Of a stretch of DNA of 64,000 nucleotides, positions 54,001 through 63,000 are shown piece after piece. This DNA is from Candidatus Omnitrophota bacterium (lineage in GTDB: Bacteria > Omnitrophota > Gorgyraeia > Gygaellales > Profunditerraquicolaceae). The stretch is from assembly GCA_028715415.1 (NCBI GenBank), contig JAQURX010000002.1, forward strand, positions 119,144 through 183,143, in the 5' to 3' direction. Position 1 is the stretch's first letter. Each line of letters opens with the position of its first letter. The translations under genes were made by a program, and so were the position numbers. The notes below the pieces were generated by a model that worked only from the letters and a program-made list of their open reading frames with translations, was not told where the DNA came from and ran no database searches.

Positions 54001-57000
54001 TTTTAAGCCTTATTGGATCAGGGAAGTCAGTTACTCCGGAAACTGTGGCATTATACAGTTTTCCTGTATGCCTATTTGTGGCTGCATGGGACTTACTTAA
54101 GAAAATAAGATGGTTGATGATCGGGGTTGTTATTTTTATTACAATTTTATCCGGCTGTGCTACTAAAGGCAGAGTTAGCGTTATCGGCCAATCAAAGGGG
54201 AATAAAGATATTTTAAGGGAGTTAGAAAAGGAAACAGGTTTTATCCCTGAGTGTAAAGCTGAAATCTTAGCGATTGGTTTTGAAGGGCTTGGCAGCCATA
54301 ATATGCGTAATTACCTGGCAAATTTACACGATAAGTATATCCCTCAACTTGAGTATTTTATGATTGATGACCATCGTAAGGATGCTGTTGAAATAGTTAA
54401 ACGCGCAGTTAGGGCAGGAAAGATTATTGCTATTCTTACTTATAGTAACAACAGTAGCGTCTTTATGGGGCTTGGTGGTGGATGGCATGATTTTAGTGAA
54501 GATTTAAAAAAGATAAAGGTATGGATTGATATTGCTAAGTTTGACGATGATAATTGGAATCCTGAAATTGCAGATAATATTATTATAGTTCTTAATCTTC
54601 ATACTGATGATGTCATTCAAGGCCCATCAATGTATGCGCGAAGATTTGAAGGAGAGCCTTTAGCGATTGTTGACCGGAAATATATTAACCTTGGGCATTT
54701 GCGTATGCCTCTCGTCCCAGAAGATGCCACAGAAGATGAATGTTGGTATGCTATATCTTCAAATGAATTGTTTATCAGGGCTTGTAATCTGGTTTATGAG
54801 TTAAAACAAAAAGGCAAATTTCCCAGCACGCAGCCGTATGTTAAACCTGTAAAGATGCAGCATAAACGCCGCGGTTCCATCTCTTGGCAGGCGCTTCTAT
54901 GCTGTGCGGTTTTCACGATTCTAGGATTTGTGGGCATTGCATTGTTAAATATTCATAATGATGCTGTTGCTCAAATGGCTTCTATATCTGGAGCAAGCCC
55001 GGAGAATAATCCTGCGAGCTTAGTTCTAGATACTGCAGTAACTTTCGGTGAAAGTTCTGTTTTGGGGCTGCAAGAATCTTTATTATGGATCGTATTTGTT
55101 TATGCGGCAGCGATTATTGTGTTATTGGTTGCTGTGGTGTTTGTTTTCCACAAAATCCTGGCCGAGAAATCCATAATTAAAGACAGCGGAGAGGTATATT
55201 TTGAAAACCAAAGTTATCAGGCGAAATTATTTAATCTATCTATTTCCAGCCAGGGCAATGATGCTGAAACAGGTTTTGGGTTTAGTAAAGAGGGAAATAG
55301 CGGCGAATTGTTTATAGGGGAGAAAAACGGAGTTGATTTTATTGGAATCCAAAAAGGGCAATTTTATGGAGCAGCGCATTGGCATCCGATAAATTCAAAG
55401 AAAAATTATTTTCTCCCTAGTTTTGAAGATATATACGAATCTTATAGATACGGAATAGACTTAGCCGTTGTTGTTTGGGGAAGAGGGAATGATCTATTTG
55501 CGACTGAAGTATCCTTGCCTTTGCTTGAAGACGGCCCGATTAAGCCCTATCAAAGATACCAGAAGTTTATGGATGATTACGGCCCTAAAAAAGCGCTTAA
55601 AATATTAGAAAAATATTCTGTAATAAAATGTTATCAGCTTAGGCTGGAAGCAGGAAGGTATATCTCTAAGCAAATTCATGCAAGGCAGGTTTTAGAGGCG
55701 GTAAAAAGATTAAGTGGAGAAAAGCCCGGTTTACGCTGTTCGGGTTTGTTGTTTGCTAGCGTAATTCCGATGCTGGCGAGTAATGATGTAGGAAGTGTAA
55801 TGCCGCATGCGCCTCCATGGATCCCAATATTGTTTTTGGCCGCAATTTGTTTGTCGTATCTTATCAGTATTTCTAATTTTTCGCAATCAAATGCAAATTT
55901 CCCTCTGGAACAAGATTCTGAAATTACGTTGGATCAGCTAACAGAGAAGATAATTAACAATTGTATGAATGGAGACTTTAGATTGCTTAGGCTTGATTGG
56001 GGACAGGCAATCCACCAGCATCAAGAGTTTATTAAGCACGCCGCTGCAATAAATTCCGCAATTAAACATTTGCTTAAAAACCGTCAGGAAGATTTCATAA
56101 ATTTTAAAGATTTCCTGAAAGCTGCGATTGCCTGCCGGATTGAAATGTTGGAGCATTATCAAGCTCCTTTATCAGCTGAAGGGCTAAGGCAGATTCAGCT
56201 AACCAAGAATGTTTTAATAAAGGACAATCGTTTAACCCAAGAGGTTCTATTGAAGGAGCTTAATAGGGTATTGAATCCTTTTAGGAATTGGTTTATCTAT
56301 TTGTTTAGCGGAGAAAGAAAGGGTATTTTTAATAATACTTTTAAAAAACAGACTGAAAGGATATATTTGGTTGCGACTTGGGGGTGTTCTACGCAATGTG
56401 ACCATTGTTATATTGCAAGTTTAATCCAGGTTACGATTTTTCCTTGGGTTTGGCTGGAAGAATTAGGAAGTATTAACTATTCTAAGCATGTTGATACATA
56501 TAAAAATGATTTTTTAAGAGATTACTATGATTATGTTTTTGATAAAGATGCTTCGGATGTCGCTGATTTATTTAATATAGGGTCGGTCTCAACTTCCGGA
56601 TTTGCTCTTGGTTCAGTAGGAGAGAGGGCTTTTGTGAAGTTCTTGCAAAACAAAAAAGCTATAGGAGGGATTATTATTAGTGTTGTGCAAAGCGCTTGGG
56701 TGCGCAAAATAGGCGTAGAAAAATATATCAGGTATTTGCAGAATATCGATGGATTGTTCCAAGCTCATGGAAGAAAAGGGACTTCTTTAATATATTTCGA
56801 GTTTTCTCTTAACCGCAGGACTGATCCTGAAAATTGGTTTGAGCCTGTTAAGGGTTTTCTTAAAACGAAGGAAAAAGTCTCGCCAAACTTAGTTTTAGAG
56901 AATGCCGGAAGAATGCGCCAACTCTTTGAATGCGGATTAATAAATGCTAATGTGGTTTCTTCAATGTTTACTCATGAAAACTATAGAAAATATTTTATAA

Positions 57001-60000
57001 TTCCTGATGGGCAGGTTGTACGTGGAATTGGGTATGATAAAGATGATAATTGCGCAAGCTATAAAGTAGTTCCGGGTTTAGAAGGCATTGGTAATAAATT
57101 AATTAGATGCTGGTATTGCAGGAACAATTGTAATGGGGATAAGAGAATTAATTGTGTTGGTAGAAAAGATTATTTTGCCGCACAGGGGTTATCTTGTGCA
57201 GGAGGGTTTGCTGCGGAAGATGTGCGTGATTTGCATTGGGCGAAAAGGGTGAATAATCTACCGTTAAATTATGATGCAAGAAAAGAAGCGGTGTTGAAGG
57301 AAATTTACTCAAATACTAAAGTTGTTTCTGATCCTAATACTGTCGCTTATGTAAGGGAAAGAATCAAAGCGGCAAAAGAAAAAGTCCGCAATCATCCTCA
57401 ATGCGATGGAAGAATTATTGTTCAGCTTCAGCTTATGGAAGAATGCCCAATCCGCGCCGGCCCAATGCCTAATTTGCATGCTGTTGTTAATCGTGAACAC
57501 GAAACATCTTTCCAAAAAGCAATCTTCCTTGATACAACTGAAAGCCAATCCCTTCTTGATCCAGCCAACGAGTCCAAATTGCTAATCGGCCTTATACATG
57601 AAGCAAGAGCGCAGGCTTATCCGGCCAGCGCAGATGCGGAGAATGAAACCTTTGCCAGTATCTATTGTGGCGTTTCAATAGGAGATACAATTGAGGAGCT
57701 ATTTGATCATGATCTTTGGCTTTTGCATCGTGACGAAGATCAATATGAAAATATCCCCCCGCAATTCGGGCATCCCAAGACTTACCTTAGGGAATTATTA
57801 GGAAACTCTAAAGTCTGGGTTGATGTAGGGTGTGGCTTGGGGGTTGCTGCAGTAAAACGGGCGTTTTTTGAAAAGTATCCGCTAAAAGTTTATGCTGTTG
57901 ATATCGTTGATTGGGCAAAGAGGGTTGGGAAGATCAAAAAGTACTTAGCAGAGCAACACAGTTATCTTTGCCTTGAGGACTTTCTTGAGCTTCGCGGGAA
58001 AATGTTATCAAGCGGAAAGTTCTGTTTTATTGAGGATGATATGGCATCTGTTGTTTTGCCTGAGCCGCCGGATTTGGTTACAAATTTCTATGTATTGCAG
58101 TATATGCGCGATCCGTTTGCCGCGATAGTCAATATTTATAACCAGCTTGCATTATGGGGGAGGTTTGTTTTTGCGGTTGCTGTCCCTAAACGGGCAGGTG
58201 TTTTTAAACAATATGAATTACTATTTGATTACTTATACAATGAACACAGTGCGCTTGTTTTAAGATGGCATGACAATTCGTTGCCTGATGTTGAAACCTA
58301 TTTAGTTGAGATAAACAAAAATCAGCCAGGTACTGTCCGGAATATATTTGAACTAAATAATTCTCAAGAAGTTTTTGTTAGGCTTAGCGTCCGTGATGAG
58401 AAAAGGGTTATTATCCGAGTTCCAGCTTATGCTGGAAAATCAGTTGTTAGAGAAAGCGCATTTTTATGCCTTAACCCAGGCTTGTTGCTCGCAGCGTTCA
58501 GCGGGAGCGGATATGCTATTGGGCAGTCCTCGTTAATAATTTGTTTAGGCATAATTGTATTGGGGTATTTATTGCTAACTATTTGTTTCAGTGATGATGT
58601 TGTGAGATTGCCAGAACCAAATCCCAGTGCCTTTACTTTATGGTCAAATTTACTTATAAATAAAAATAAAAGAAGAGGGATGCTTTTATTCGGCAATAGC
58701 GGAAGCGGTAAATCATTGCTTACTGCGCTTATGCTTGGTTTTGATGAATTCGGCATAAGAGTAAATCCTCAGCCTCAATGGTTATTCGGAGGGGATGATG
58801 TAATTAAAGGTATTCCTTTAGGGAATAAGCTTTGGGCAGGTTATGATTATAAGAGCCCTGTAATAACTAGTTACGACCCCGCAATCCAAAAACGGCTTAA
58901 GGAATTAGGCTTTAGGGATCTTAGAAGAAGAAATTTAATATGGACTAATATATTCCCGGTTAACATGTTTGTACCGGTTAAACTCGCAGTTTATTTAAAT
59001 ATTACGGATAATGATAAAAAATTAACTCTTGCCCGCGAACAGCTTTTTGAGAAAATTATTGGAACAATCCAATATTCATCTTTACCTCAATGGTTTTTAA
59101 ATGCTTTCTCCGGAATAGAAATGTTGGAGGTGCCCATAGCAAGAAATCGCAGTATAAGAAATTATCCTCAGGCGGCTTTGCGGATAGAAGAAGCATGGCG
59201 CAGAAGTAGTTCAATAAAAAGACAAACTTCGACTTTATCGTGTTACGGTTTACTTTTGGCCACGATTCCTGTATTAACTAATGGTATCAGCCCTATTGTG
59301 CTGTTGTGTGGAGTGTCCGCCTTAGCAGTAATTACTCTTTGTATTGTTTCTTTATTTGCTCAATCAGGAGAACAGGCTTTACAGAATTTGAATCAGGATA
59401 ATAGAAAAGGAATCAACCTGGGAGATTCTGGGGTTGTAATTATTAATGATTCGGTAATAGAGGCAAAGGCAGAAGTGCGGAAAGCATTCAATATGCTTGG
59501 CGATCTATTAGATAAGAAATCCGAAAACAAGAAAGTTAAATTAACAGATCAATTGCTTCATAAGTTTTTTATCCGGGGGATTGAAGCTTTGTGGGCTTTT
59601 GATTTTTTCAAAGGGGATATTGTAAACCAAGAGGAAATCAAAAAGAGGATAGCTAAAGCTATTGTGGTAATTTATGAGTACAAAAGATTAATGGAGGCAT
59701 TTTGTGATTATGGTTCACAGTTAAGGAATTCCGACGCGGCAAATATGGAGTGGGGCAGGAATATGCTTGAATGTATTGATGCAGGAGTATTTGATGCGGA
59801 GTTTTTTGCTGGGTTTAATAATTTTGTTAATGTTCTTCAGGAAGCAGCGGGTAAATTGAGAGATTTTCTGCTTAATTCTTATGATCCTCATCGTGCAGCG
59901 TTGTCTCTTCGTCCTGTGATTAATACTGATATCAGGGCCTGCGGCTCTGATGAAGTTTATTGTAATGACGGAAGAATGACGAAGCCCGCTATTGCTAAAA

Positions 60001-63000
60001 CCATAGAGGTTTTAAAACTTGCTAAAAGGCGGGGTTTGATTGAAGAATCCAAGACGGATTTATTTGAGGGAAAAATAAAACTCTACCATGTTTTTAATAA
60101 CCTCAATCCGGGAGAGGATTTTTCTACAGTAAATTATCTTTGGCGTGAATCTCCAGCTAATTATTTGTTTGCAGTAGCTTTAAGAAATCCTGTAGAGGAC
60201 GAAAACGGTGGCAGCCTTCCTCCTGGGATTTACATTCCATTCGCTTTGTATTTTTGGCTGGCGTTCTGCAACTTTGATTTATTCAAGGAATTGCTTGGAT
60301 ATGAAGAGAAAAATTTCTTAGGCCAGAAAGTAAAAGCAAAGGATAGAAGGTCTATTGTAGACAGGTTAAGCGCCAAGCCGCAATTGACAAAACAACAAAG
60401 GCCGCTAGTCGTAGCAAACTTGCTTACTTATTGTTTATTGTATGAGAAAAAACTGGCATTGCTGCAGGATTTGCGTCCTGCTTTTAAAGAAGCTTATGAC
60501 AATCTAACAGCTAATCGTTTTAACACTGCTGAAATCCCGGAATTATTTAGCAGATTTTGCCTTGTTTCAGAAGATATTAACCATATATTTGGTTCATTTA
60601 TAGGGTTATGGCATACGGTTGAGGGGGTATTGTCTGAATTATATAGGGATGTCGATAAGCTCGATAACCAAGAAGAGTTGAAAGTTCTCCAAACTTTATT
60701 TGAGTTTTTGGACAAGAATACACTTTTCTGGCAGAAACCAATTTCTCCGATTATCATGACTTTGATGGATACAGTTTCGTCTTATAGCTATATTGACAGC
60801 GTAGATAAAGAAGGATTTCCTTTGATGTCAGAGGTAATTAAGAATATGAGTATATCGCGCTGGCTATACCAAAAGTTTGCAGCAATCAGGAAACAATTAG
60901 GGATTTCTATTCAAAAGTGCATAATCTTGTTTCCTTTTGCCGGGCTTTTGCTTTGTTTGGGCGACCTGCATCGCGCGAAGTGGGGGATGAAGCCTACTAA
61001 AGCCGAGATTGAATCTGATATCTCCGGATCAAGCAGTTTTACAAAAAATACATATTTCTTAAAGGTAGTTGAGGATGCAATTACATTAGCTGAATCAAAA
61101 GATAACCGTGTAGCAAGGACATTGAGGGCAATCAAGGATTCTATAGTAGTAAGGGCAGGGCCCTTTACCTATATATGGGGAACTTTCCGCAACAATACAC
61201 TCTACCTCGACCAAACATTACTAATTAACCCTTCCTTACGCGAAGAATTAGCCTTAACCCTTATCCATGAAGCAAGAAAGATTGCTTATCCTAAAGCCCA
61301 AGATGAAGAAAATGAGAATTTCGCAAGGCTCTGTTTCCGCGAAAGCAGCCATAAAATATCATTTACCTTAGATGAACTAGTTTCAATAATTCTAAACGAA
61401 TGTACAAACGGAAACTTTGCTTCTCTTTCTCTGTATTGGAGCCAAAAAACATACCAATACCAGGAATTTATTAAACATGCCTGCGCTATTAATACTGCGA
61501 TTAAGAAACTCATCTCCGAGTCAGTAACAGTAGATAAGGCTTTCCGGAAAGAATTTTTCAAAGCAGCAATCGCGACGAGAATTGATATGATTGAACATTA
61601 TATGGCACCTCTTTCCGATATGGGTCGGGATTTGATTCATGATATAAAGCAAAGGATGGATAAGTTTACAGAAGATTCTTGCTTGGATATCATTGCAAGT
61701 CTTATGAAGCCCGATCGAGAACTCTTTATCAAATTATTTAATGAGGAGAGGTTAAGGATTATTGGTTATCAACTATTTGCTCCAAAAGTTGTAGCTACCT
61801 GGGGTTGTTCTGAACAGTGCGACCATTGTGATGGCGCAAGCCTGTTCCGGGTAGATTGTTTCCCATATATCTGGCTTGAAGAAGCCCAAGAACGCGGCTA
61901 CCAGATTGACCATTACAAAAATGGGTATTTTAAAGATTACTATGATTTTGTTTATGATAAGGATGGGTCAAGTGTAGTCGCAAAGTTTGGTGCAAGCTTT
62001 GCTTATACCGCGCCAATTGAAGAAGGATCGGTAGCAGAGCGTGCTTTAGAAAACTTATGGTTAAGTTTTACTATTTATATCAGTCTTGCTCCGAGTGCAT
62101 TCTGGCGCAGGGTTGGAACTGAAAGATATATGGATGCATTGATTAATATGGAGAGGATATGCCTGAATGCAAAAAATAGTAATATTGCTTATAAATATAT
62201 TGCATATAGATTTTGCCGTTTAGATGATCCCCAGATGTATTTTGAGAATTTGTTTAAATGGGATAATATCGTAGAAGAATCAAGACAAGGGCAGCCTACT
62301 GAAATAAGTAATTGCGGGAGATACTGGCAGTTGGCTTCACTTGGAATATTGGATTTAACCCAGGCAAGTGGGTCGTTTGCTATTGAAAGAGAAGATACCG
62401 GCCGAATTTTTATTTTACCCGATGGCCAAGTTATTAGAGGATTGACTTGTGAAGACGATATCCATTTACGCCGCTATGAAACCGTTCCTTCTCTTGGCCC
62501 AATCAGCAAGAGGTCTATTAGGTGCTGGAATTGTCATTTTGATTGCCAAGGTAAGAATCAAGAAGGCTGTCCGGGAAGAAAGGCATATTTTACTGCACAT
62601 GGATTATCAGAAACAGGCGGGTTTAGTGTTTATTGCGGCATTCCTTTGCCTGCAATCCGGGTATTATTCAAGGCATTTTCGATAATTAGTGTTGTGTTGC
62701 TATCTTTATTCATTAAAGGCTGTGGTTATATCCCAGGAATTGTTAAAGATGTTTTTGCCCAACAATCCTATTGTTCTGATAATTCAAAATATATTGAAGA
62801 AAACACGCGTGTTATTGATAGAAATGGAATTTCAGTTAGATATTTTGACGCAGGTGATGCTTTGGAAACAATTTTATTGGTTCCGGGATTTGATGAAACT
62901 ATTGAAATATTTAGATGCAATGTTGAAGCTTTGGTCCAAGCAGGGTTTAGAGTAGTATGTTTTGACCTTCCGGGGTTTGGACAGACAGGTATCCCGGGTA

